From: Selaginella moellendorffii
Lineage: Eukaryota; Plantae; Lycopodiophyta
Direction: 5' to 3'
Assembly (NCBI RefSeq): GCF_000143415.4
Contig: NW_003314282.1
Location: 1,321,374-1,385,373, forward strand
Length of the DNA: 64,000 nucleotides
Shown here piece by piece: positions 48,261 through 60,599 of the stretch. The notes beneath the pieces were generated by a model. That model was not told the DNA's origin, did no database searches, and worked only from the letters and a program-made list of their open reading frames with translations. The position numbers were made by a program, and so were the translations under genes. The stretch's first letter is position 1. Every line of letters starts with the position of its first letter.

Positions 48261-49049
48261 TGATTGAGTGGGGGCATGGTTGTGCCCTAGATGTGTGCCC
48301 TATTTCCTATGTAGGGGCTCTATATGTGCTGCCTTTGAATGCACTATCACATACTAGAGGTTGAAAGAGATTAAAAGATTTCTTGTTATACACAATTAGA
48401 AAGGTTTCTTTTATTGGTTGAAGAGCTTGCAGGGTAATGAGGCAATTTTCAAAAGAAAGACTAGTAATAGGGCCCCTGTGGCAAGTGCAAAATGAAGGTG
48501 TTGTTAATTTGGTGTTTGGTCATTATGCAAACTTCATATACCCATGGGGGTCACTCTGATAATGGGGGTTTGGGGTCTTCCAGCTGTTGAGATGCATAGC
48601 AATGCATTCAAGTGCCAATATAGTGTTCACAAGGCTGGTAGTAGAATTTTGCTGTGATGCAAAGGGGGCAATTTGGTGCTAAGGAGGCTTAGTGTGGCTG
48701 GTCTAGGATTCTTGTGACAAGGGCATGATATGGTTTGGCTATTCTAGGAGGATTTTTGCTTAGATCTTGTCAATTGTATCTTGTGTTCTTGATGGTGAGA
48801 ATGTTGGTGCAAGTGTGTTGAAGCCATCATTCTTGATGTCTGTTCCTGTAGACTTGTGCTCCTAAGGTGTTGATAAGGACTTGTGCTCGATGAATAGTGG
48901 GTTTGCGGTCTTAGAGTCCTCTAGTAGCATCAATTGGCTGATCATCGAGTCTTCACCCTTCTTCTTGTATGCTTTTTATAGCTTTTTGGATGGGGGGATT
49001 TTACTGTTCAAAGCTAGTGGGGCCACTTTTTGTCTTGTTTTTGGTTGAA

Positions 49050-49280
49050 GGGTCCTTACGTGAATAAGTCAATGACCCCTCCATCTTTCTTTCGGGAGTA
49101 TCATTAAAGGGTTCATTTGGCACTAGTTCATCCAATGTTTACTTTCCAAACTCATTTTATAACAAAAGCCATTCTATTATTCTTTCTGTATTAGTTGATA
49201 TAGCCTTGAGTTTATTTTCTATTACTTGGCTTATTGCCACATGTTGCTATTTACATTTATGTTATATGGCAAAGCGAATT
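49050..49280 (+). mobile_element. Gypsy fragment (gag/protease junction) of the 35-39 kb family, opposite orientation
   Basis: Reverse-complement match to about 38450-38680. Confidence 0.75.
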
Positions 49281-49689
49281 TAGTCAAAGCTACTTCAATG
49301 CTACTACTTGTAAGTAGAGTAGCTTCACTATCAACCACTTTAGGGTTGATCATCATTTAACTAAGCAACTTTGTAAATATATTGCTTATTATCAAATAGA
49401 TATAGTATAAGTATTACAATGATTTAGTCATCAATTGAGCAACACCACAAGCAAACCCATATTATTACTTCAAAAGATTATGTGAGTATCAAATGCTAAC
49501 TCTATTCAACAAAATGCAACATAAATGCTACACCCCACTAACAGAGATTTATAACACTGAACACCACCAACTTTGTTCATAACATAGAAAAGCTCATGCC
49601 ACTCTTTATCTAATCAAAATCAAAACTAATCCAACACCAAGTTACTCAAGGAGCAATAGCAAGGTTCTCCGAAAAAGAATTAAGCATTG

Positions 49690-51540
49690 TAACCTAAATT
49701 TTCAATAGCAAGCCTAGATAAAATAATTTAGTGTTTCACCGTTATCCATCCCATGACTCACCACTTGTAAGACCATCATAACCACCATGCATCAAAATAG
49801 GGACTCTCAATTGCATAATATGAATATGAGCAATGAGTTAACACCTCGTTGTAAATCATCTCTCAAAGAAAATAAGTATAAGCAACTAAATTTTCCATTT
49901 TACTTTAGTCACTTAATCACACCTTTGACCATTTGGAGAAGCCTCATTCACAACCTCCATAAGTTTTATTCTGAACTTGGGGACTTGCTAGCTTCGAGAA
50001 TGGCATCCATGCCATCCAACCTTTGGTCCAAGTGCTCCATGTGTTTGATCAAATGACCAACACCCAAAGGTACCATTGATATATCAGCCCGTTACACTAA
50101 GCTATGCCTATTTGTTTTTGTCACACCGGTGATCCAACACCACTTACATCACAGTCTCGTCTTTCAAAGACTAAGTCATCCGTCCATGAGTGATCATCCC
50201 AAATCCACTATTTAGCATTTTTAAGATACCCACAAATATGGGGAATAGCCTTCCCCAACATCCCTTTTTCGGTCCCCACCAAGTGCCTTTTCATCCACAG
50301 TCATATTCACTAATACTGCCACTAGGTCAAGGCCCATAGGCTCAACCATTATATCCCATTAATCTTTGGGACTTCCTTATTATGTGATTATATCTTTAGT
50401 CTCTACATCAGAGGATTGTTCCTCTTCCTTTCCACAATCTTGGACTTTGGGACAACATTTTGGAACACTGTGGCTCTATGCGAGCTTTGTGGGTACTCTC
50501 CCCACCTTCCACCTTTGGGTGCCTTGGCCATGTGGCTAAAGTAAAGTTCCGTTAAGCCACGTCAGATATCCAAATAGGTAGTGCCACCCATGCTTGGATT
50601 AGAAGCATCGACCATTCGATCTCCCGAAGGAGGTAAAACCAACTCTTGAACACTTTACCAAGCTACCCCACTTGTTTGTCCATATTCACTTTAACTTTAG
50701 ACTCCTTAGTGGATATATCATCAGTCATACTGGTTTTTCCTTGCCAAATTGGCTCCATTGGGGTCCAACCCCCACCCCCATACTATACTTTGGAACCCTC
50801 TGCAGCCCCCCTCCCCCCCGCGGCAGGGGAATGATTCACTTTGGGCTTTCACCCAACAACCTTAAATAATATTTTAGACTCGGACTCAAGACTTACCCTC
50901 AGTTTCGGTCTTGGTCTCGATTCCATTTGGACTCCATCTCGGGTCCATCTTGGACTCTATCTTAAGTCCATCTCAGACTCCATCTCGGATCCATTTCGGA
51001 CTGGATCTCAAGTCCATCTTAAACTCCATCTCGAGTCCATCTCGACACTTCCATGTATGATGTGTTGGTCCTCTTGTGTCCCTTTTTTAGAGATTCACTT
51101 ATTGCTTGCTTCGTGTTTGTTCCTCTCCCACTCTCGACTTTTCAAGTCAAAACTTTTAGTCCAAACATGTTATGCTTGTTTCACTTTCATTTTAGCCACT
51201 ACCATATGGCACCTTTTTGGCTCCACTTTGGGGCTTAGGGATTTGTGTCTCACACACTCCCTCTCTTAACCTTTTAAGTTGGAGCTTTTAGTCCCAACAT
51301 ATTATGCTTGTTTGGCTTCTGCTTCAGCCACTACCACATGGCACCCTTTCAGATCCACTTTTGGGGCTCTTGGATTTGTCCCTCACAAGAAGATGATTTA
51401 CATATTTGATCCTTCATCCTTGATGACCCTCTTTTTGATTTCATCTTTGACTAAACTTTAAGCTTGCATTTGCATTGCTTTTTAGTTCAATCCAAGAAAA
51501 ATTTATGAAAGAGCATGGCAATGATTACTTGAACTAATAG
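49690..51540 (+). mobile_element. Highly decayed Ty1/Copia RT remnant interrupted by a solo LTR
   Basis: LTTCKTII...QLHNMNMSN...LKE|KMIYIFDP resembles Copia RT (LTTIR..L...LHQMDV.N..L.E.IYM.QP). Weak match. Confidence 0.4.
49877..51387 (-). mobile_element. Solo LTR of family A (A3) with duplicated terminus and near-perfect 5-bp TSD
   Basis: TATAAGCAACTAA...CTCACA, flanks ATAAG (49872-49876) and AGAAG (51388-51392). Terminal about 130 bp duplicated (51255-51387). Confidence 0.75.
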
Positions 51541-52499
51541 ACTAATCCCTACAATCTTGATTGACCCACTTTCAATCATGCCTAAGAAGGATCCACTAAT
51601 GTCATACTAAATAGCTACGGACTAGTCTATTTGCCACTCATAACAAACCCAAGGGAGGTTTACTTATATTTGGTATTAAAGGATATATCTCAGCGAGTAC
51701 TATCTAATAAAATTGGGCAACTAGTCTCATTGCATACACAGAGACAAAAATGAGGATCGGAGTGGGTATATGCTTGGGTGCTAAGACTTCGCATTCATTC
51801 TTTAGGTATGGATTTTGGTTACCTTTTTGTACCATATTGCATGAGCTTGCACTTGGGTTTATAGGATGGATTGAGATGTTCTATTTGCATGAGTTAGCAC
51901 TTGGGATCATGAGTGAGGCATATTACCAACTCAAGGTTACACTTTGAGTTGGTAGAATTAATGTTAGCCTATCAATGGTTATTATGAGTTGAACCATATA
52001 CCGTAGGTAAAACACACATGGTTTTCACCCTTTATCCTATAGTGATTTACAACCATGAAGTAGAACCTAAACCCTCCATGTGCCACATGTCATATGCCAT
52101 GTGCCACATGCCACATGTCCAAGGACAGTGGAGTGGAACTCGAGTTTCAAAGTCTTGGGCCATTGAATAAAGGAACAGAGCCAAACTTCTAAACATTGAG
52201 CCAAGGAGCGAAAGTATTAGAGCACAGAGTGATTCTCAAGTGTACAGCCTAAGGAGTGAAGAGACAGGAGCACGAAGTGACTTAGAACAGTTCTAGAGCA
52301 TCCAAAATCTCAATACCAAGACTAATACGCAAAATGGAGCCAAACGGAGTATAGTGCTATTTTAGTATACCGGTGGCATAACACGAGGATATGAATACTC
52401 CATTAACTAGCATAGTGTGGAACTTAGGCTTAGACCCAAGCTGAATGTAGAACAAAAACAAGCATACAAGCAGGAGCTAGACTATGACTATGCCTTAAG

Positions 52500-55400
52500 T
52501 TGGTCAGCCATACCCATATTGGACTCTATCTCAGACTCCATCTCGGACTTACTCTCGGACTTGTTCCTGACACTTCCATGTGTCATAATACTTGCCACGT
52601 GTCAGTCCTTTTTATATCCTTTTTTAAAAATTCATCCACCGATTTCTTCATGCTTATCTCTCGAGCACTTTATTTAGAGTTTCACTCCCACTCTCGACTT
52701 TCCAAGTCAGAGCCTTTGGTCCAAAGATGTTACACTTGTTGGACTTTTGCTTCGACTACTACCATATGGCACCCTTTTTGCTCCACTTTGGGGCTTAGGG
52801 ATTTGTGTCTCCACCACTCATAGATAAAGTTTAATATCCTTATTGAATAATAAACCATTTTATAAAGTAACATTAGTATATATTACCCTTTCCATCCTTA
52901 GCACCAAGCTAATATTTATCGATGGTTTGATACTGAAGGCTCACCATGCCTTTCCTATCCTCTAAGGAGTATAGTGTCTTTAACTTAGAAACTTATTCGA
53001 CCATTTGTGGTGGTTTTCTCCCTTTATTGGTTTAATCTTTGCTAAACTCGTTTATGATACCTTCTCTATCTTAATTGCACTATTCATTCTCGAGTAATCT
53101 CAACTTTTATCAATATAACTATTGCACTTTAGAACCTTTATTTTGATTACTCAAGTCAGTTTCTTGGTGTCTTTGACACCTTGCATTGCATATATAGTGC
53201 AAACTTGTCCTAGAAAATTCTTTACTTAAGGGCACTATTTCGTGCTGCACTTGGCACTAAGTTCCATATATCCATAATTTGTACTAAAGTTGTTTATAGC
53301 TTTATCATTTAGCTATTTTGCCGCTCCTTTTCTTGGAGCTTTCACTTTTGCCAAATTGGAGTATTTAGGAATTTATCCTTGAAAATATATTTCTTTCTAA
53401 TGATTTCTATGGCCCATTTTTGGCTATTAGTTTTTTGCTTCTATCCTTTGATTGTTGCACTAAGCAATATAATATCACTACCTCTATCCTCAAGGTATCC
53501 TTTCGGTTCTATAGTAAAAAATTTGCTTTACCGAGTCTAAAGGGTGTTCACCCTAGTAAGTCTTTTTAACATTTTTGCTTTGGGCTCTATCCATAGCCCA
53601 ACTTTGTGACCCTCTTATAGGTCTTTCTTAAAGACTATTTTTTGGACTCACCATTTGACATAGCTCATTTACTTTAATTGTGCTTCTCATTTGCTTGCTA
53701 AAGCCTCTCTTTTTGTAAACTTCCCAATTGCCATATGGTTTAATATGGATAATTCTATACTTTACACTCTCTATGGTATTATGGTTGCTAATAACAACAC
53801 GTTCGAGCACCCTTTTGATTCTCTATTCTTAACATGCATAACCACCCTTAGTTATGCCTTTCGATTCCAATAGTTCGATTTTATCCCTTTACTACTTGTT
53901 TTTTAGTTTTATGCATTTCCTATAGTTATTCTCTTCTTTGTTTAGAAGCCTCTTATTTCACAAGCCTTTTAATTGTCATATGGTCTAACATGGATAATTC
54001 CATACTTTAGACTCTCTATACCATCACGGTTGCCAGTAGTAACACTTTTGAGTACCCACTTGATTTTTCACTCCCAGCTTGTATAACCACCCTTGGCTAT
54101 GCTTTTTGATTTTTATAGTTCAGTTCTACCCCTTTATTATTTACTTTTAGTCTACAACTTCCCTTTAGTTATTATCCTCTCGACTAAAAGGGTAGCTTTG
54201 CACTTTTTACTATGCCTTAGTAAGTATTCTTAGGGATAAACCTACTCAATAGCTTAGGGAGTGGTTTTTCAATCTGGAGATGCTCACCATGTAATCTAAC
54301 ACATCAGGATTAACGATTAAGGCCCTTATGATATTAAATACCACGTTCTTATGTTTTAGAGTGTTTAAATGTCCCAATGATGGCTTTCTTTGACAATGAG
54401 CATTTCCCTTTATGACATTGACTTACTACATCGCAATATAAACAATTTATCCCCTCACAAGATATATCTAACCTTGTTATCTTAATAAAAAGTCTTGGGA
54501 AGTTAACTTCTATTAATCCAATTAATTATGCCATACATTTCACTTAGTTGTCTCATAGTTATCAAGTCCTATAACTCATTATTAGTGCTTCCACACCTTT
54601 ATCATTATTTGGGTCCACACACTCAAATTGCATGCCTTCCAACTTAGGCTATGCCAATCTTGTTTCCATTGGGATTCCTTTGGCAAAAGATTCTTATGAA
54701 CCAGCCAACTTGACTTTAAGGCTTTATCCTTTGAGACATTTGGGGTCTCCACCCTATCAGTTCCACAAGCCTACTTTCATGACACTTTCCACTCATGTCT
54801 AGGTCCTTACCAAGACGAAAATAGATGTTTCTCATCCAACTATTAGTTAACACTACACAATAGTGTTCACACACAACTCTGTGCCAAAGTTGCTTTCTTT
54901 CGGGAATATATTTCCCACGACTTTAGTATGGCATATTTTGCCATCAATGAAATACCTCTTATTTTCATATTTGGATTTTATGATCCTCTCCATCCTTTAT
55001 AAAGTATAACACACTTTAGTCTAAATGCTTCTACCAATTCTTTAGGATTATTTCTTGACTCCGCTTGAGTCATCCAGCTTTTGGAGTTAGCTAATCTAAC
55101 AACCTATAAGGTCCTAGCTTCATGGCTACTTTTGAGGTGTCAGCTCGCTAAAATACTACTTTTTGTATTCATGTCCTACTCATAAGGACCATCTTTGCAA
55201 GTGTTGCTCCAACACTTAATTATTCTTTGTTTTATATAGGCTACCTTTGCCCCTTAGGACTATCTGTTCATATGATGAGAATACCAACTCATCCTCTAAG
55301 TACACCCTTAATTCTTTGGGTTGTTCTAGCATTTATTCAAGGTAGCCCCAGCTACTATTTTAAGGACTGTGTCCTCATCCATATTTAACCTTCCACAGTC

Positions 55401-57383
55401 ATTAATTTTGGTTTCAAATTCATGAGCATCAACCTCAACTATATGAAGATAATTTTGCAACTCCTTTATTGTTTTGGAGTCTTTATCTTTTACTATAATC
55501 CCAATTATAATTATTTACATTAGCCAATTTGCTAAGTCAAATGCTCATTTGAATTATATCCCCAACTCTCTAAGAAAAACTTCATACTGTTCCCAAGATC
55601 TTAAAGTCGTTCCCTTATTAGCCCCTTTCTACGTACAAGTTTGTGTATGAACTAGAATGAAGAGCCATATTCTCCCAACATGCTTCTCCTCGAGGATAGG
55701 CCCAATCCTAGGACCTTCCAATACCAATATGAGTGGTGATATATTTAACCACTAATAAAAGTCAGACTAAGGAACAACTCCAATACCAAGTTATAAGTGA
55801 TTAAATTTTTCATTTTACTTTATTCATTTAACCACACCTTTGACCACTTAGAAGAGTCTCACTCACAACCTCCATAAGTCTTATTCCATACTTATGGATT
55901 TGCTAGCCCCGAGAATGGCATCCATACCACTCAACCATTGCACTTGGTCCAAGTGCTCCACATGTCTGATTGCATGACCAACACCCAAAGGTACCACCGA
56001 CATATTAACTCATTACGCTAAGCCATGCATATTCATCTTTGTCACACTGGTGATTCAACACCACCTACATCACAGTCCTGTCTTTCAAAGATTGGGCTAT
56101 TCGTCTATGAGTGATCATCCCAAATCCACTCTTTAACATCATTAGGATGCCCATAGATATGGGGAATAACTTTCCTCAACATCCCTTTTTCGGTCCCCAC
56201 CAAATGCTTTTCTATCCACGGTCGTGTTCACCAACACTACCACTGGGTCAAGGCCCATAGGCCCGACCACTATATCCCACTGATCTTTGGAACTTCTTTA
56301 TCATGTGACTATATCTTTAGTCTTTATATCAGAGGATTACTCTTCTTCCTTTCCACAGTTTGAGACTTTGGGATAACATTTCGAAACACCATAGCATTAT
56401 GCGAGCCTTGTGGGCACTCTCCCCACCTTCCACCTTTGGGTGCCTTGGCCATGTGGCTAGAGCAAAGTTCCAATGAGCCATGCTAGGTATCCAAGTAGGC
56501 AGTGCCACCCACATTTAGATTGGGAGTATCGACCATTCGATCTCCTAGGGGAGTTAGAGCTAACTCTTGAACACTTCATTAAACTACCCTACTTGTCTGT
56601 CCATATTCATTCTAGCCTTGGATTCTTTAATGGATATATCATCACCCAACAAAAGGGTATAGCCTTCCTTAGTCATATTGGCTTCATTGAAGTTCTACTT
56701 TTGGAGCTCACCAAACCCCCCTAAGGTTTGGGAAAAGAATATTTTGGGCTTTCACCCTTGGACTTGGACTCGGACTCAGACTTAGATTCGGACTTGGACT
56801 CGGTCTTGGTCTCAGAGTTTGTCTTAGACTTGGTCTTACACTTGGACTCAATCTCAATTTTAGTCTCGGTCTTGGTCTCGGTCTCAGTCTTGATCTCAGT
56901 CTTGGCCTCGACCTCAGCCTTGACCTTAGACTCCATCTCAGGTCCATCTCAGACTCCACCTCGGACTCCATCTCAAGTCCATTTCATATTCCATCTTAGG
57001 TCCACCTTGGACTTTATCTCGAGTCCATCTCGAAGTCTATTTTGGACTTCATCTTGGGTCCATCTCGCTCCATCTCGAACTCTGTCTTGAGTCTATCTCA
57101 GACTCTATCTCAAGTTCATATTGGGTTTATCTCAGGTCCATATTGAACTCCATCTCGGACTCCTTTTCAGACTCATTCCTAAGACTTCTATGTGTCAGTC
57201 TTTCTTATATCCTTTTTTAGAAACTCATTCACCAATTGCTTCGTGCTCATTTCTTGAGCACTTTGTTTAAACTTCCACTCCCACTTTCAACTTTCCAAGT
57301 TAAAGCCTTTGGTCAAAAGATGTTATGCTTGTTGGACTTCTACTTCAACCACTATTATTTGGCACCGTTTTTACTCCACTTTA
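52500..57383 (-). mobile_element. Near-complete family A element: 5' LTR (57383-55792), Met-type PBS, about 3-kb internal region, truncated 3' LTR (52812-52500)
   Basis: PBS TGGTATTGGAGT (55788-55777, degenerate TGGTATCAGAGC) 3 nt from the LTR end. Internal tandem duplication of about 250 bp at 53690-54200. No pol motifs seen. Confidence 0.75.
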
Positions 57384-57384
57384 T

Positions 57385-58270
57385 ATTGTAAAGAACTTTA
57401 TCCATCATCTACTGGAAAGTCATTGGAGCATTCTTCAAATCAAACAACATCATCAAAACTTATACAAACTAAATGATGTAAAAAAAATAATCTTGGGAGA
57501 ATACCTTCCTCAACCATCTACACTTACTAGTACCCAAAAACAAGATTTAACTTGGTGAACCAACTTAGACGATCTCTCCTCAAACGATATAAGAAATTAG
57601 CAGTGTGAGGAAGAGGGAAAAAATTTGGGATTAGCACTTCATTTAACAAACAATAGTCAGTGCAAAAATGAATACTTCAATAAGGCTTTGTCACAAAATG
57701 AGATTCACACACCCAAGAACTTTGTGACTTTCGAATAATACATTTTTCTAATATTTCTTTAACATTTGCATGTGAAATTTTGATCTCTTTTGGTGACCAG
57801 TAATGAACAAGAACTTTGATTGGACAAACATCTCTAATTAGAATAATTAGAATGATGTATTGTAATTTTGGCCTCAGATGATAAGTTAAATTTAAAAAGA
57901 TCAGCATACTCCTTCATAAGTTAATTAACCACTATAACACAAAGATGGAATGGATAAAGATAAACACAAAGATAAATAAATAAAAAAAGAAACAAGATGG
58001 AAATATAGAAGAAAATAATGGGGAAACAAAATTGATGGAAGTAAAGGTAGAAGTAGAAAAACGAAGAGGAACAAAAGTAAAAGGAATGGAAGAAAAATAA
58101 AAAAGTATGAGACAAAGGGGGAAAGTCTTAAAATCACACTTAGCATGATTATACTACCATTAATCTATATTAAGGATGAAATCAAAAGCTTGATTCAACA
58201 CCACCCGTAATGATTGTAACTTAAGCTCAAGATCACTCACATGCACAACTAAGTCCACCTCATCCCATGT
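57385..58270 (-). mobile_element. Gypsy protease/RT fragment, same family as 35-39 kb
   Basis: Colinear with about 37590-38410 (EYADLF, IIRKSQSSWVCE, FTKLNL). Confidence 0.8.
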
Positions 58271-59099
58271 TCATACGGCTATTATATGCTAAGTTATATT
58301 GATACTTTAGTTTTTGAATGGTTACCTATTGAGGTGTTGGCAATAGTTATAGCATTCACTTGCTATGGATTGTTAATTAATCTGTTAGCATTTGGAGTAG
58401 ATTGTTGGATGGAGAAGGTGTGAAGTTGAGGCATTAACATTGCTAGTATTTATGTTAATAGAAGTGGTATTGTAATTTTGAGTGATGAAGAATTTTCCTT
58501 AAACCTTAATTTTTCATGTCATTTTTTTTGTTAGTGTTTTGGCTTTATGTTGGATCTTAAAAGTGTTTAAAGAAGATTGTTAGTGCTATATGGATATTCA
58601 AAGATATATTCTTTATGATCAAATCTTGGATATTTATTTTGCATTTTACAAATGTTGGTGCTAGATTCAAAAATATGGGCAAGATGTTTGATGCTTAGAC
58701 ATTTTATTGGGTCATAAGAATTTGTGTTGAGGTGAACCTAAATAAAATTGTTAGTAGGAAGAAGTTGGTTGAGTCTTGAAACTTTGTATTCCTAAATTGA
58801 GAGTCATTCTTTCTTTAGGATGGAAATTTTTCCACAAAATTTTCTTAAACTTTTTCAATGGTTAATCTGTTGATTATTTTACTCAAAAGCCATTCTATTT
58901 TTATAAGTTAGTACAAACTAGTGAACGGTTGGAGTTGACTTTGTTTAACTTAAACCTTAGTAAGTAGTTTATATGATGCAATTTGAAAGGGATGCTAACT
59001 TTTGGGGCTATAACAATTGAGTTGGATAAAGTTTGGAGTTGGTGTAAAAAAGTGGCTATTACACTTTTTTAGAAAAGTAACCCTTGTGCATTTTTTCTG

Positions 59100-59720
59100 T
59101 AGTGTTATGTTTGGTGGCAAGTTATAACTTGCATTTCATTAAACTCTATGAGAGTAATGAGCTTTCACTGATTTTGACTTTGTCTTGGTGACCCTGTGCC
59201 TTGGGTAAAGATAGTGATGTCTAACTTAGTTATTTAAAGTTAAAAAGTTAGTACTTATATTATAGCTTTGTCTATCATAAAGTTGTGTACCAATATGAGT
59301 TTATCTCATAGTCTTCGCTTTAATTTAGACTAAGTGTTAATCATGATGCATAATTATCCTCTTCAAGGCATACTCAGAGCTATTAACTAAATATGTTTGT
59401 GAACTTATTATTGTACAATTGGATTTGAGTAGTCATTTAGTTTGTGCTTGTCCATGTTTCTATGTTCAATACTTAAAGTATTACATTCATGTTAAACAAG
59501 TATATAACTCGATGACATGAGTTTAGTGTTGGGTCTTGTGAAGGCAAGTTAAAGAGTGATTGTTGATTGCTTTGCAACTAGTGATTATTTATAAATTTTG
59601 TTGAGGACTGTTGACACTTGTCTAGCTCGATGAAAATTTATTATAGATTGTTTCAAGTGTAAAAATATTGAAAAAGCTTGTGTAATTCAAAGTCATATAA
59701 TTTCCTCCAAAGATGCTATA
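59100..59720 (+). mobile_element. Very decayed LINE RT remnant
   Basis: SW*P (WRPI), VQLDLSSH (LD.SKAFD) and CVIQSHIISS (GV.QG..+SP) occur in the expected order. Weak match. Confidence 0.35.
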
Positions 59721-60599
59721 GCAAAGGTATCCACAATGCTCTCTCCATTGGTAATAAATGTTGTTGAATCATTAAATGGTGTTGTTGTTGTTGTGATATA
59801 TATGTTTTTATTTATTTATTTACTAAAAAGCCTATTTTGTTTTGACAAGTAGCTTCTAACAATTTCATTCTATTCAGTCAGAAGCTTCTTAATCTTCTAC
59901 ATCCTACTACTTCTTAAATCATCCAATTTTAACTAGTGTGGGTAGTTTTAGCAAGAATGAAACAAACTTACGAGAATTTTAGAAGGAAAATCAGGAATAT
60001 GAGAAGATAGATATTGAATTTTATGTTACTTATTGTTATGTTATATAAGTTTTGACTTTTTGAATTCTTAAAACTTACAAGATCTTAATGTTCCAAAGTT
60101 TTTTCTTGTGTTCCTCGAAAAAGAATTTATCAATAACTTGTTTTTTTCAACTAGATTTAGAAATAAATTGCACATTAGTTTTTATATGGCATTTGTTTGG
60201 TTTAATGCCATCAAACTTTGTTACAACATGCCATATTAAATGCATCTATATAGTGCACTTGATATAGTATTAGATAAGTTAAAGTTTTTTCTCAAAGTCT
60301 TTGATTCACATTTACCTTTGTTGGCATTAAAATGGATAAAAAAAAACTTTTAACACCCTTCTAGAATATTTTATGAACTTCTTGTTGTCGAAGGTATATT
60401 TTTATTTGAAATAATTCATTGGAATTTTTTTGCTTTTTAAAGCTAGAGCAATTGAATCATCACCTTATGGTTTTACTCTCCATCCTAAATCCTACTGAAA
60501 ATGCATGGATCAAGGAAGTGTATAAGTATTTTCCAGGTATAAATAATTTCTCCTCTGTAAAACAAGAAAAATAATTTTTCTTTTTTCAGATCAAGAATT

